Origin: a virus
Taxonomy: Duplodnaviria; Caudoviricetes
Virus record (IMG/VR): IMGVR_UViG_3300049454_000015
Location: 1 to 55,054 of that record
DNA: 55,054 nt
Reading direction: 5' to 3' (one strand)
How positions within the stretch are numbered: position 1 is the first letter of the stretch; each line of letters opens with the position of its first letter. Made by a program: the position numbers and the translations under genes. This document shows, piece by piece, positions 1 to 9,401 of this stretch. The notes below the pieces were generated by a model. That model did no database searches. It saw nothing but the letters and a program-made list of their open reading frames with translations, and was not told the DNA's origin.

Positions 1-20
1 CTGGGCGGGTGCCGGCCTTG

Positions 21-752
21 TCAGTGTGGCCCTGCGGCCGGGTTGAACGGGTCCGGGACCGGCGCCGGCGTCGCCTGCCGGCCGCTCCATGCGGTGGTGG
101 CGCGGTCGTACGCGGCGGCTATCTGATCGCGCAGGTCGAGCAGTTGGAGCCGCTCGACGTCGGAGAGCTGCTCCTGGCCGTCGACTAGTACCCGGACCGC
201 TTCGGCGTGCGCCCGGCCGGTGGCTACGGCCTCCGCGTACGGGGTCCTGCGGCGTGGCGCCGGTAGGCCGGTGACGGTACGGCGGCTCTGCTCCGGTTGC
301 CGGGGCGGCCGGATGGTGCGTGCCTCATCGAGCGCGGCGCGTCGTACCGCGTCGCGTTGCTCGGCGTGCCGGCGGTGCGGGGGTGCGCCGGTGGGCACTG
401 CGGCGAGGTTACGGCGGGCCTGCTGCACGACGTCGGGCACGACGTTTTTGATGTCGCGGGCCAGGCCTTCCGGTACCGCCTCGGTGACGACGTCGAGGGC
501 CGTGGCCGCGTCCAGGTCGAGGGCCAGGGCCTCGGCCATCGCCTCGACAGTGCGGGCGTGGTCAAGCTTCTGGTAGGCGCGCTGCTCGGACAAGCCGAAC
601 TCGCCAGCGCACATGTCCCGGAACGACGCGTACTCCAGGGCCAGCCATCCGCGGCCGGCGTGCAGCGCCCGCAGGGCCTGGTTGGCCTGCTGCAGGCCGT
701 CCCGTACCCGGTTCACTTGCCGTCGTGCCTCATCGCGTGTCATGTCGACCAT
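21..752 (-). CDS. hypothetical phage protein, possible N-terminal HTH
   Basis: 243-aa ORF; N-terminal GWLALEYASF...EFGLSEQRAYQ pattern resembles a recurrent actinophage family; RBS-like GGGAG upstream. Confidence 0.6.
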   Translation of the reverse strand: MVDMTRDEARRQVNRVRDGLQQANQALRALHAGRGWLALEYASFRDMCAGEFGLSEQRAYQKLDHARTVEAMAEALALDLDAATALDVVTEAVPEGLARDIKNVVPDVVQQARRNLAAVPTGAPPHRRHAEQRDAVRRAALDEARTIRPPRQPEQSRRTVTGLPAPRRRTPYAEAVATGRAHAEAVRVLVDGQEQLSDVERLQLLDLRDQIAAAYDRATTAWSGRQATPAPVPDPFNPAAGPH

Positions 753-800
753 GACGACTCCCTGTCGTGGTGGATGAGACCACCACCGTAGTGCGGGTGG

Positions 801-1169
801 TCACTGCTCGGGCGTTGTGTCGGGATAGCAGTCGCTACCGGCGCGGGCCCGGTTCCATCTGGACCAGGCGATCGCCTGGAAATTCTCCATCTCCTCACAG
901 GAGAACGTATCCACCGGGTGTGAAGGAAACAACTCGGCGGGATGCACGCCCAACGCTTCCGCTATCTTCGCCAACACGTGTACGTAGATACCGCGATCGG
1001 ATCGCTCATACGAATTGATTCGGGCCGTGGAGCCAAGGCCGGACTCATGCGCGAGCCGCTCGGTTGACCACTTCCGGGTCGTCCTTTCTTGTTTTATCCG
1101 TTGCCCCACGTATTTGTTCACGGGCCCGATGCTCCCCCGCGGACCGCCCGGGTACTTCGCGTGCTTCAC
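801..1169 (-). CDS. XRE/Cro-family HTH regulator
   Basis: VGQRIKQER...WSTERLA...INSYERSDR...LAKIAEALGVHPAELF; GTG start chosen after AAGGAA RBS. Confidence 0.8.
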   Translation of the reverse strand: MKHAKYPGGPRGSIGPVNKYVGQRIKQERTTRKWSTERLAHESGLGSTARINSYERSDRGIYVHVLAKIAEALGVHPAELFPSHPVDTFSCEEMENFQAIAWSRWNRARAGSDCYPDTTPEQ

Positions 1170-1284
1170 AGGGTGTTCCTTCCGGTGTGACCTCGACGTT
1201 CGCCGTGTACCCGCGCGCGGCGGGGCCCACTCTTCGCCTACGGCAACATCAGCCAGGTGAGGTATTACGTGGGCACAGGGATGG

Positions 1285-1644
1285 TTAGTACGTGGGGGGG
1301 CCGTCCCCGGCCGGTGCTTCATCTTCGACGATCTGAACGATCAAGGTCGGTTTGCATATGACCTGGTGCCGGATCGTCTCGTTCGCCATTAGCTTGTCGC
1401 CGTTCCCGACCACCATCACCTCAACCTCGAACCTCAGCTTATCCCCGATTTTAGGAATCTTTTCGAGAATGTTGTACTTCATCCCGGTGAAAGACAGCAC
1501 CGTGTAATCGGTGCCGTCCATCGGTTCCTGCGTGCCGGTGACATCGGTAGCTGGCGTTCCCGGAACGTCGAGGGACGCCTGGGCCATCGCACCCAGGTCC
1601 GGGCCTTCATCGAGTGGGCCTTGATCGGTGGTGTCGTCGCTCAT
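1285..1644 (-). CDS. hypothetical protein
   Basis: ATGA overlap with upstream HNH gene; globular-looking C-terminal half. Confidence 0.6.
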   Translation of the reverse strand: MSDDTTDQGPLDEGPDLGAMAQASLDVPGTPATDVTGTQEPMDGTDYTVLSFTGMKYNILEKIPKIGDKLRFEVEVMVVGNGDKLMANETIRHQVICKPTLIVQIVEDEAPAGDGPPTY

Positions 1645-2213
1645 GGCGTCCCGTCCTGGTCGGTGAAGTGTCGCCAGCCACGCCCGAGCGGGCGGCCTGC
1701 GTCGTCCCATACCACCCAGCCGGCGTCTGCGAGAAACCTACGCTGCTGCTCTGACAGCCAGGCGGGCCGGATCTGAAGGCGGCCGGCGGTTTTCGCTGGG
1801 TGGCAGCCGCCGGGGGTGACGCGGGAGAACTCGCCGCAGAGCGGGAGGCCGTTGCGGACGTCTGAGGGGCCGCCTTGGGAGCGTGGCCAGAGGTGGTCGG
1901 CCTGGACGTGGGCTGTGTCTCCGCAGGCGACGCACGCCGGGCCGTGCTCGGCGAGTACCGCGGCGCGCCAGGGGGCGTCGTTGCGGCGTGGTGTGGCGCG
2001 TGGGCGGGGCGCCGTGTCCCTCCGGCGCCCCGCCCGGTCACCGCTTACTGGAAGCCGCCCGGGTCGGCCGTCACGCCACGGCCGGTCCCCTCCCGGTCGT
2101 TCATCGGCGGTGACCTCTGGTTCCCGGACCCGGGTCACGATCCGGGTCCGGGAGCGTTGTTGCCATGCCCGCGTCTTTTCCGGGTCGCGGTTCAGTGGCT
2201 TGCCCCGTTTCAC
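1641..2213 (-). CDS. HNH endonuclease
   Basis: CVACG...QADHLWPRSQGG...NGLPLC...CH; GTGA overlap with upstream gene. Confidence 0.8.
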   Translation of the reverse strand: MKRGKPLNRDPEKTRAWQQRSRTRIVTRVREPEVTADERPGGDRPWRDGRPGRLPVSGDRAGRRRDTAPRPRATPRRNDAPWRAAVLAEHGPACVACGDTAHVQADHLWPRSQGGPSDVRNGLPLCGEFSRVTPGGCHPAKTAGRLQIRPAWLSEQQRRFLADAGWVVWDDAGRPLGRGWRHFTDQDGTP

Positions 2214-2470
2214 GGGTGCTGGTTCCGCATCACGGTCAGCTGGTCGTCGCGGTGCAGGTGCATGGTGTGCGGAACCGAGCTGAAACCGCCGGGGTGTGGC
2301 TGCAGTAACACCACATCGACGCCACCGTCTGCGGCTGCTCGGGCTGCGGAAACGGCCGGGTCCGTGTCGAGCATCACCGTGGGTTCCTGATCTGCTCGGT
2401 GGTCTTGCACGACCAAGATGTGGTCGCCTTGGCGGACCGCGGCGGGGTGAATTGCGAGCACGCGAAACAT
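2210..2470 (-). CDS. hypothetical protein
   Basis: 86 aa, GAGGAG RBS, first gene after a conserved promoter cassette. Confidence 0.65.
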   Translation of the reverse strand: MFRVLAIHPAAVRQGDHILVVQDHRADQEPTVMLDTDPAVSAARAAADGGVDVVLLQPHPGGFSSVPHTMHLHRDDQLTVMRNQHP

Positions 2471-2492
2471 GGGGTGGTCTCCTCTCGCGCAT

Positions 2493-2554
2493 GCCAGGCG
2501 GGTGAAGGAATGCCCGTCGAACGCTAGCCAGACTCCGGACTGTTGTCAACAGTT
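2493..2554 (-). promoter_or_regulatory. conserved early promoter cassette (TTGACA-N17-TAGCGT, palindrome, CGCCTGGC box)
   Basis: minus strand AACTGTTGACAACAGT...TAGCGT...CCCGCCTGGCA then RBS. Confidence 0.8.
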
Positions 2555-2555
2555 C

Positions 2556-3746
2556 TTACGGGTGGTGTTTGGTGCGCTTCACCTCCCTGCCGATGACGGT
2601 CTGCTCCCAGCATGACAACACCTCGTCTCGATCGGATGCAGGCCAGTCCTCGGTTAGTGCCTCCACCCTGCCCTTGACGGCTTTCACCACATCCCAGACC
2701 AGCGGGCCGAGCAGTCGCGACAGACGCACGAGGTCGCAGATGTCGGCGGTTTTCTCGACCTCCGTCCACTGCTGATCGCCGAGGACCAGCGTCCCGTGTT
2801 CTTCCACGTACGCCCGCACGTCCGCGTCGACCGCCTTCACCGCCTTTTCCAGGAGTAGCCGCACCCCGTTGGCCTGGTCCCGCCACCCGATCCGGTCTTC
2901 CAGTTCCCCGCTGGCGAGTGCCCGGGCCAGCCGGGCGCCGTGGGTGGGGAGATCGGTGTAGGCCGGGCAGTCGTCCCGGACCACACACGAGGTGCAGCCG
3001 AGGTTGACCACCGGCAGTGCTTCATCGTCGCGGAGGATGGTGCGTGTTACAGCGACCGCCCAGGCGTGCCAGTCGTCGAGTTCGGCGTCGGTGTACCGCA
3101 CGGCCACGTCCCGCCATTTGGTGGCGTCCAGGTGGGTCCACACCACCGGCGTGCCGGCGTCGGGGAACGCCCGCTGCCAGTAGCGGCGCAGGATCCACGC
3201 CTGCCCCTTCAACTGGACGTCGCCGCGGATGTCGGCCAGCGACGGCGGGGCGCCGCGGGTTTTGAAGTCCACCGCGTGCAGGACGTTCGGCTCGTCCGGG
3301 TCCACCAGCGCCTTGTCGAGGATCGCCCGGTACCAGATCTGCCCGTGGTCCTCATCGTCGTACAGCGGCACCTGTAGGTCCATCTCGACGCCCACGGTGT
3401 GCATGACGTCCAGCGGCGAGGCCTCCCGAGCCAGGTAGGCGTCGAGGTCGCGGCGGGCCTCGACGAACAGGGCCGGGTCCATGTCGGCGGGGAACACCTG
3501 CGCCAGCGCCGCGTACGGGTCGATCTGCTGGGTCTCCGCGACTTCGAGCATCCGGTGAAACACCGTGCCGTAGCGCATCCGTTCCGATGGTTCGTCGACT
3601 ACCCCGTCGAGGTACCGGGCCCGGTACTTGCGTGGGCAGCCGCGGGGCTGTTCCTGCCCGGTGAGCCGGAATCCTTCCGCGCCGTACGTGCGGAGCCGGG
3701 TTGCCGACACGGTCGGGAACCCGGACTCCCCGGGGGGGATCTTCAC
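2556..3746 (-). CDS. PD-(D/E)XK exonuclease, Cas4/RecB-like
   Basis: CPRKY...GTVFH...E...ILD...DFKT...QL and C-terminal CTSC...C (split Fe-S cysteines). Confidence 0.8.
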   Translation of the reverse strand: MKIPPGESGFPTVSATRLRTYGAEGFRLTGQEQPRGCPRKYRARYLDGVVDEPSERMRYGTVFHRMLEVAETQQIDPYAALAQVFPADMDPALFVEARRDLDAYLAREASPLDVMHTVGVEMDLQVPLYDDEDHGQIWYRAILDKALVDPDEPNVLHAVDFKTRGAPPSLADIRGDVQLKGQAWILRRYWQRAFPDAGTPVVWTHLDATKWRDVAVRYTDAELDDWHAWAVAVTRTILRDDEALPVVNLGCTSCVVRDDCPAYTDLPTHGARLARALASGELEDRIGWRDQANGVRLLLEKAVKAVDADVRAYVEEHGTLVLGDQQWTEVEKTADICDLVRLSRLLGPLVWDVVKAVKGRVEALTEDWPASDRDEVLSCWEQTVIGREVKRTKHHP

Positions 3747-3988
3747 CGGTCACCCGTGGTGCATCGGTGGTCCAGGATCCAGTTGGCCAGCTGCGCCCGG
3801 TCCCACGCGATACCGCCGATAGCCCGGGCTCCGCAGTCGTCGCAGCGCAGTCCCCGCCACCGCAGGCGCATGCGGGACGAGCCAGCCACCAGCGGCTGCA
3901 CTACCCGGTAGATCTCCCCGACGCGCCGGGCCGCGGCCACCCGCTCCGCTGTTTCTTTGTCGTACTGCTCATCGTCCGGTTTGGTCAT
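3743..3988 (-). CDS. hypothetical protein with CxxC
   Basis: 81 aa, overlaps neighbouring genes at both ends. Confidence 0.55.
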   Translation of the reverse strand: MTKPDDEQYDKETAERVAAARRVGEIYRVVQPLVAGSSRMRLRWRGLRCDDCGARAIGGIAWDRAQLANWILDHRCTTGDR

Positions 3989-4245
3989 CCTGTCGCTCTC
4001 CCCTCATCGTCTGCGGCCAGCCGGCGGGCCCGCGCGTACCGGGCCCGCTGCGCCGCCGCCGCTGCCTGTTTCCTGGCCTCCCACGCGGCGGCCTGCGCCC
4101 GTTCTAGCGCTTCCATGTCGGCGACCAGGCGGGCCCGCTGCAGCTGCGCGGTGGGCCCGGACATGCACGCGCCCGGGTCCGGGCGCCGGACCGGCCGGAG
4201 CCGTTCCGCTTCCAGCGCCTGGACCCGGGCGGCGTGCTCATCCAC
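3985..4245 (-). CDS. hypothetical coiled-coil protein
   Basis: GTG start after GAGG; Ala/Arg-rich helix; alternative start at 4164. Confidence 0.45.
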   Translation of the reverse strand: MDEHAARVQALEAERLRPVRRPDPGACMSGPTAQLQRARLVADMEALERAQAAAWEARKQAAAAAQRARYARARRLAADDEGRATG

Positions 4246-4252
4246 GGTCGCC

Positions 4253-4627
4253 TCAGCCGCCCGCCGACCAGGGGTCCTCCGGGCCGGCTGGGCGGCGTTT
4301 CCGGGCGAGCACCGACACCGTGAGTGCTTCCACGTGCGTCTTGGCTTCGGTCTGCCCGTTCGGCATGAGCCGGCGCCGCTGCGACAGTTTCCCCAGCACG
4401 TGTACCCGGTCGCCCTTGGCCAGCCCGCCGCCGTCTTCGAGCTGCTCGACCTGCGTGCCGTAGGCGTGGCACCGCGCAAACGTGTTCACGGCGTCGTGGG
4501 TGCTGGTCTCCGGGTTCCATCTGGCGTCGGTCAACGCCAGCGTGAAGTCGAGGACCGGCATGCCGGCGGCGATGAACCGAACCGGGGCCACGTCGGAGAG
4601 CACCCCGGCCAGCTCGACCCGGTTCAC
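4253..4627 (-). CDS. ssb: single-stranded DNA-binding protein
   Basis: NRVELAG...P.RF...G.PV..F.LA...LAKGDRVHVLGKL OB-fold pattern; GTGA overlap. Confidence 0.8.
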   Translation of the reverse strand: MNRVELAGVLSDVAPVRFIAAGMPVLDFTLALTDARWNPETSTHDAVNTFARCHAYGTQVEQLEDGGGLAKGDRVHVLGKLSQRRRLMPNGQTEAKTHVEALTVSVLARKRRPAGPEDPWSAGG

Positions 4628-4788
4628 AGCTTCTGCCGGTCGAGTGTCTCTGCCCAGTCGAGCGTCCAGCGGACGATGACGTACAGGACAGCCGCCCAGA
4701 ACACCAAGCTCAGGAGAATCACGGCGGACAGCTTGACACGCATCCACATGGTTCTGCGTTTCCGTCGCTTGCCGGAGCCCTGCGCCAT
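4624..4788 (-). CDS. small membrane protein
   Basis: basic N-terminus plus one TM helix; TGATG overlap. Confidence 0.55.
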   Translation of the reverse strand: MAQGSGKRRKRRTMWMRVKLSAVILLSLVFWAAVLYVIVRWTLDWAETLDRQKL

Positions 4789-5027
4789 CACCGGGGCAGC
4801 AGCAGCAGGTACGCCGCGGTGGCCGCCACGGCGACCAGCAGCGCGGCGGCAACGGACACCGTCCGGTTGAACCTGCGCTGCCGGCGGCGTCGCCGGTCCA
4901 TCCGGGTGGTGGTCCGGAGCAGCTCGCACGCCGGCATGGCGTGCAACACCGGCCGGGGCGGGTGACCGGGGTCGTTATCGACCACGATCCCGATTACCGC
5001 GGTGCTGGTCACGTCTTCCTTGTCCAT
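4788..5027 (-). CDS. small membrane protein
   Basis: Arg run followed by a C-terminal TM helix; follows a CACCTGGC box. Confidence 0.6.
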   Translation of the reverse strand: MDKEDVTSTAVIGIVVDNDPGHPPRPVLHAMPACELLRTTTRMDRRRRRQRRFNRTVSVAAALLVAVAATAAYLLLLPR

Positions 5028-5050
5028 GGGGGTAGCCCTCTCGCCGTGCT

Positions 5051-5086
5051 GCCAGGTGGGTTGATGACGTTCTGTGTCTACAGTTT
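5051..5086 (-). promoter_or_regulatory. variant cassette (AAACTGTAGACA plus CCACCTGGC)
   Basis: one-mismatch copy of the AAACTGTTGACA motif, closer to the CACCTGGC box than usual. Confidence 0.55.
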
Positions 5087-5103
5087 AGCGGGTGTTCGGG
5101 GGG

Positions 5104-5529
5104 TCAGCGGTCGTTTTCCTCTGGCGGGCCGGTCACTGTCGTTCCGCCGGAGGAAACCACGCCGCCGGCTGCGAAGACCCGAGGGAGATGCATCGTGGAA
5201 TCCGGGTCCTCCCCGAACACGGGGACCGGGAGGCTGTCTCCGTGCACCGGTTCCGGTGACGGGTCGGGGACGTGCACCAGGCCGATGCCGTTGCAGGCCT
5301 GGCAGGTCGCCAGGGTGCCGGGCCGGTCGCCGTCGATGACCCGGTCACCGGCCTGTTGCCGGGGCCGGGTGGTGACCTGCGCGAGGGCCCGGACCGCGTT
5401 CACCGCGTCGAGCATCACCCCCGACACGTCTTCCCCGGAGGGGGCCTGCACGCCGGCCACGGTGATGGACCGCAGATCCACATCCGTTGTGACCGTCACC
5501 GAGCCGACCCGTAAGCCGCGCCTGATCAT
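5104..5529 (-). CDS. hypothetical protein (single CxxCxGxG)
   Basis: ATGA overlap; CQACNGIG. Confidence 0.55.
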   Translation of the reverse strand: MIRRGLRVGSVTVTTDVDLRSITVAGVQAPSGEDVSGVMLDAVNAVRALAQVTTRPRQQAGDRVIDGDRPGTLATCQACNGIGLVHVPDPSPEPVHGDSLPVPVFGEDPDSTMHLPRVFAAGGVVSSGGTTVTGPPEENDR

Positions 5530-5768
5530 CCGCTGTTCTCCATGTCCTCGTCGCCGCTGCCGTCCGTCTCGGCGAGTTCGCCCTGATCGGGCGCCGCCTG
5601 GCCGTCGACCTGCATCTGTTTCAGCCACGCTATGTGCGCGTCCTCGTTCGTGGTCTCCCGTTCCAACTGCTCGATCTGCCCGGCCAGCTTGACCCGCTTC
5701 GCGGTCCTGGCCGCGTTACGCGCCTCCGCGGTTTTGATCCGCCTGTCTTTGTGTTCCTGAGAAGGCAT
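5526..5768 (-). CDS. hypothetical coiled-coil protein
   Basis: 80 aa, charged helix with acidic tail. Confidence 0.55.
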   Translation of the reverse strand: MPSQEHKDRRIKTAEARNAARTAKRVKLAGQIEQLERETTNEDAHIAWLKQMQVDGQAAPDQGELAETDGSGDEDMENSG

Positions 5769-5775
5769 CGGTGGT

Positions 5776-6789
5776 TTACGTCCCCTCATCCTGCGAGCCC
5801 ATACCCGCATCGATTTTGCTGCTGGCCAGCAACTTACGGAAGTTGTTCAACATCAGCGTGATCTGACCTTCACTCAACTTTCCGTAGCTGATCTCGCCGG
5901 TCGCCTTGTGCACGGCGTCGCGGTTCCCGAGGGAGTCCGCCACGTACCGGGCCAGGCCTGCCCGGAATTCCTCCTCGCTGGATCCCTTTATCTGGCGAAG
6001 TTCTTCGAGCACGGTCAGCAATTCCTCGGTTGCCTCTTTGCGTCCCTTCGGTGCTGGCCGCGCGGGTCCTGGCTGCGCGGGTCCTGGCTGCGCGGGTCCT
6101 GGCTGCGCGGCATCCCCGATGGTGTCGGATGCCATGGCTTGCCGCAGGTGCTGCATCTCCTCAAGTGACGCCACGCCGGACCCGGGCAGGATCCCGAACC
6201 CCCACAGCCCGAGCGCGCGCCCCACCGCGCCTGTCTGCGCTTTCTCGAACGGGTTGGTTCGCCGGGCCCCCGACGCCTTGTCGTCCGGCACCCACACCTG
6301 CCCGGTACGGCACCCCAGCGCCGTCCAGCCACCATCGGGCCCTGCAGCCGGCGCGAAGATGCTGACCTGCTCCCGGTACACCAGCCGGCCGCCCAGCTCA
6401 ATGAACCCTTCCGTCTCGTCTGCCCCGCCGGCTGGCCCGACGTCGACTCGCCACCCGTTCTTCGCCTGCGCGGCTTCGAGCATCTTCACCCGGCCGGCCA
6501 CCGACACGTACAACGTCCAGGTCGGCACCTTCTCCTCAACCTCGACCACCCGGTCGCCGCTCGGCGACCGCCGGGGAACCATGACTTTCTCTGGGTTCGG
6601 CAACGGCTGCACGAAATCGGCGTAGTCGACCACCCGCACCCCCCCGAACTGGTCGGGCAGGGAGTCCAGGCGTTCGAGCACCAGGTCACGCGACGGCGGG
6701 TCGCTGTACCACTTCCATAGGCCGATGTCGGGCAGCTCGGCCACCGCGGGCTGCGGGCCGGCAGGCTCGGGGTTGGCGGCTGGGCTCAC
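5776..6789 (-). CDS. putative single-strand annealing protein (Rad52/Erf-like superfamily)
   Basis: YVSVAGRV...FEKAQTGAVGRALGLWGFG...VASLEEM pattern; lies near SSB and the exonuclease. Confidence 0.55.
   Translation of the reverse strand: MSPAANPEPAGPQPAVAELPDIGLWKWYSDPPSRDLVLERLDSLPDQFGGVRVVDYADFVQPLPNPEKVMVPRRSPSGDRVVEVEEKVPTWTLYVSVAGRVKMLEAAQAKNGWRVDVGPAGGADETEGFIELGGRLVYREQVSIFAPAAGPDGGWTALGCRTGQVWVPDDKASGARRTNPFEKAQTGAVGRALGLWGFGILPGSGVASLEEMQHLRQAMASDTIGDAAQPGPAQPGPAQPGPARPAPKGRKEATEELLTVLEELRQIKGSSEEEFRAGLARYVADSLGNRDAVHKATGEISYGKLSEGQITLMLNNFRKLLASSKIDAGMGSQDEGT
6061..6110. repeat. 15-bp tandem repeat x3.3 (AQPGP linker)
   Basis: cgcgggtcctggctg repeated in frame. Confidence 0.9.
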
Positions 6790-7226
6790 AGGGAAGCCTC
6801 GTCTGCCTTGCGCTGCAATGCCGTAGCGAGTATGTGGGCCTCCCTCGGGGACATCTCCCATCCGGGTCCGGCGTCGCTGCTGTGTACGGTGACGCTCCCC
6901 CGAGTCTCGTCAGCCTTCACGTTTATGATGTGCCCGGATCCGTCCAGCTTGACTATCAGTGTTCCCGTCCGTACGGCCGGTGTCTCGCAGTGGATCTGCT
7001 CAAAGTGAACCGCGGCGATCTCGCTCAGGTCGACGTATCCCAGGACCGGATCCGCCCCTTTCCGCTGCTCCCACTTCACCTCGCGCAGCTGACCGGATAT
7101 CGGCGCCGGCTGCATGCTGAAAGAGGTCACGTCCGCCCCTACCTGCTGACCGCTGCGCAACGTGATAACCACGCGGCTCTCGTCATCCTCAATGCTCTTG
7201 CCCATTTCGACGCTGTCTTCTGACAC
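6786..7226 (-). CDS. hypothetical protein
   Basis: 146 aa; GGAGGAG RBS directly after a CACCTGGC box (7241-7248). Confidence 0.7.
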   Translation of the reverse strand: MSEDSVEMGKSIEDDESRVVITLRSGQQVGADVTSFSMQPAPISGQLREVKWEQRKGADPVLGYVDLSEIAAVHFEQIHCETPAVRTGTLIVKLDGSGHIINVKADETRGSVTVHSSDAGPGWEMSPREAHILATALQRKADEASL

Positions 7227-7268
7227 GGTTCTTCTCCTCCGCCAGGTGTTTACTCTTCGCTGAATATC

Positions 7269-7592
7269 TTACCGGTCTGTCGGTTCCTCTTTCTGCTCGA
7301 TGTCATCTTCGATCGGTTCTGCTTTCTGTTGCCCGACGACGACTTTCCCCGCGTAGGTCAGCTCGTACTGACCTCTTTTACTTAGTGCGCGGAGCAGTCC
7401 CCGGGTTACGAGCTGTTCGACGATTCGGTGTATCACCCTGCGGTCGAGGAACATTTTTCTGGCTATCTCGGTCTGGGTCGCCCCGGCGAGGATTTCTTCC
7501 AGGACTTGTCTTTGTCGTCCGGTCATTCCCCTGGGAGATGTGCGGCCCTGGGTGTACCCGGCGTCTGGTTTTCCTCGCGGTCGTGGTGTCAT
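7269..7592 (-). CDS. winged-HTH DNA-binding protein
   Basis: MTGRQRQVLEEILAGATQTEIARKMFLDRRVIHRIVEQLVTRGLL...YELTYAGK; TAATG overlap. Confidence 0.7.
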   Translation of the reverse strand: MTPRPRGKPDAGYTQGRTSPRGMTGRQRQVLEEILAGATQTEIARKMFLDRRVIHRIVEQLVTRGLLRALSKRGQYELTYAGKVVVGQQKAEPIEDDIEQKEEPTDR

Positions 7593-8047
7593 TACGCCAG
7601 CCTCCGGATATTCTCGGCGCGGATGTAGTCGCGGAGCTGGATCGCTGCGGCGCAGCTCGGGCAGGTCAACACGAATGTTTTGTGCATGACCCGGTGCTTC
7701 TGCACGATCCTTTGCAGTGCCGCCATTGCCTGTTCCGATTGTGTTATAACCGCGATCGGTGGTCGTTCTGAGCGGTCGGGTAAGGCGACTATGCCCCGCG
7801 CGAAGCCTTCTATGGCGAGCCGCGTCCGGTTGTATGCCCCCAGTTTGGGGCCCATGTTGCGGATGTGGGTTTTCACGGTGTCGTCTGTCAGCCCGAGAAT
7901 CCTGCCGATGTCCGCGTTTCCGAAACCCGTGTAGCACAGGACCAGAATCACTTGGTATTCGCGTTGGGTTAGCCCGATGGCCTCCGCTACCGGCGGTATG
8001 CGGAGGGCGTCCGGGGACGGTGCCCAGTCCTGGCATTCTTCCGGCAC
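7592..8047 (-). CDS. LuxR-family HTH regulator with C-terminal CxxC
   Basis: LTQREYQVI...GFGNADIGRILGLTDDTVKTHIRNMGPKLGAYNRTRLA; start approximate. Confidence 0.8.
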   Translation of the reverse strand: MPEECQDWAPSPDALRIPPVAEAIGLTQREYQVILVLCYTGFGNADIGRILGLTDDTVKTHIRNMGPKLGAYNRTRLAIEGFARGIVALPDRSERPPIAVITQSEQAMAALQRIVQKHRVMHKTFVLTCPSCAAAIQLRDYIRAENIRRLA

Positions 8048-8088
8048 TCCGCGGGCATCGCTTCCTCCCTTCCTGGCAGTCAAGGGGA

Positions 8089-8376
8089 TCAGGTTCCGGG
8101 CGCCGGCTGGGTGACCTCGTCCTGGCAGCGCGGGCACACGAACACGATCACGTGACCGTCTGACCTGCAGTCGACCTTCCCGGACCAGCCGCACGGGCGT
8201 TCCGAGTCGCCGGCCAAACAGATCTGGCACGCCTGCGGCTCCAGCTCGACGAACCGGGACCACGCCCCCACCGCGTACGCGGTGGCGCGCTCGTTTGCCA
8301 GCGGACAGTCCGGCCAGTACCCGGTGTCCGCTGTGCACTCGACGGAAGCGGGCCCCTCGTACGTGGTGGCTGTCAT
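8089..8376 (-). CDS. Cys-rich hypothetical protein
   Basis: first gene after a cassette; two CxxC. Confidence 0.65.
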   Translation of the reverse strand: MTATTYEGPASVECTADTGYWPDCPLANERATAYAVGAWSRFVELEPQACQICLAGDSERPCGWSGKVDCRSDGHVIVFVCPRCQDEVTQPAPGT

Positions 8377-8392
8377 CGCTTTGCCTTCCGTT

Positions 8393-8452
8393 GCCAGGTG
8401 GTTCGTGTCGTGCACCATCCTCCTAATCCCCACCCGTGTTGTCAACACTTTT
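8393..8452 (-). promoter_or_regulatory. conserved promoter cassette
   Basis: AAAAGTGTTGACAACAC, N17 to GAGGAT, then AACCACCTGGCAA and RBS. Confidence 0.75.
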
Positions 8453-8723
8453 GGGTTCCTTCGGTGAAGGTCTCGCAGGCGGACCGGTAGGCGCGCTGCC
8501 AGTCGGTCACGTCCACGTCGTCAGCTGTGGGCGCAACGTCCCGTATACGCCCCGGCGCGGCCAGGACGCGCGCGGCAGCGTCGAGCAGGCGTTTCGCCTC
8601 ATCGAGTGCGGCGGCTGCCTCTAGTAGGAGGCCTGCTACCGGGCGGTCGCCGACCCGCTCATCAGCACGGGCGATCAGCCGGGCACGTAGGTCCGGCGGT
8701 TGCTGGTTATCGGTGCCGCTCAT
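8442..8723 (-). CDS. hypothetical protein
   Basis: GGAGGAG RBS; its stop codon lies inside the TTGACA of the next promoter. Confidence 0.6.
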   Translation of the reverse strand: MSGTDNQQPPDLRARLIARADERVGDRPVAGLLLEAAAALDEAKRLLDAAARVLAAPGRIRDVAPTADDVDVTDWQRAYRSACETFTEGTQKC

Positions 8724-9019
8724 CGGGGGGTGCTCCTCCAGTTCGCTACTCGTTTTCGTCGTTCTCGTAAGGGCGGCGTGTAGGTAGCTCTGGGCGGTTT
8801 CGGGGGGCGGACGGGTGTGCGTTTCACTAGAACCGGTTCCGGTTCTGGTTCCGGTTCGGTTTCTTCGTCTGGCAGGTAACACGAGCAGCCGCAAAGCTGC
8901 CCCGGGGCGTCTTCGGCCCAGCATCCGTCATCGGATTCTTGGTGTTGTGCCCAGGTGTGGTTACAGAGACGACATCGGGGTTTAGTTTTCCCTGTCGTAC
9001 CTGTCGTGTCTTTCGTCAC
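8720..9019 (-). CDS. Cys/His-rich hypothetical protein
   Basis: CRLCNH...H...C...CGCSC; start uncertain. Confidence 0.45.
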   Translation of the reverse strand: MTKDTTGTTGKTKPRCRLCNHTWAQHQESDDGCWAEDAPGQLCGCSCYLPDEETEPEPEPEPVLVKRTPVRPPKPPRATYTPPLRERRKRVANWRSTPR

Positions 9020-9401
9020 CGTGTTCGGTCCTGGTTCCGAACCGCATGGGGTGGTTGCGGTCAATGTCGTGGGCCCACTTCTGTCCCGGGGCCCGTTGGG
9101 TACATGCCGTGCAGGTGTCTTGCCTGCAGCCGCAGCGGTCGTGTGGGGGGTACTGGCAGGGGCAGCCGATGTCGGCCATGCATGCGCAGGGGCAGGCCGG
9201 TGCGCCGGTCGCGGCCGGGCCGGCGTCGTGGGATCGTCGGGCCCGGTCGAGGCGGTTCGCCAGTAGGCACGCCTCGATGCGGCGGCGTCGCCACGCGATG
9301 AAGCGCCACCGGCCGCCGATGTGACGTTCGACGATCCACGCCAGGCCGAACGGTCCACCGCGGACGCGGCACCGGCCGTAGGTGATGGTCCGGTGGGTCA
9401 C
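8982..9401 (-). CDS. Cys-rich hypothetical protein
   Basis: GTGA overlap; dense Cys cluster. Confidence 0.45.
   Translation of the reverse strand: MTHRTITYGRCRVRGGPFGLAWIVERHIGGRWRFIAWRRRRIEACLLANRLDRARRSHDAGPAATGAPACPCACMADIGCPCQYPPHDRCGCRQDTCTACTQRAPGQKWAHDIDRNHPMRFGTRTEHGDERHDRYDREN

Noticed and set aside
2556-3746. Cas4-like nuclease as a sign of a CRISPR system
   Set aside because: No repeat-spacer array or other cas genes seen; solo Cas4/RecB-like exonucleases next to SSAP and SSB are ordinary phage recombination genes
6061-6110. 15-bp tandem repeat as iterons or a mini-array
   Set aside because: In-frame AQPGP linker expansion with no spacers
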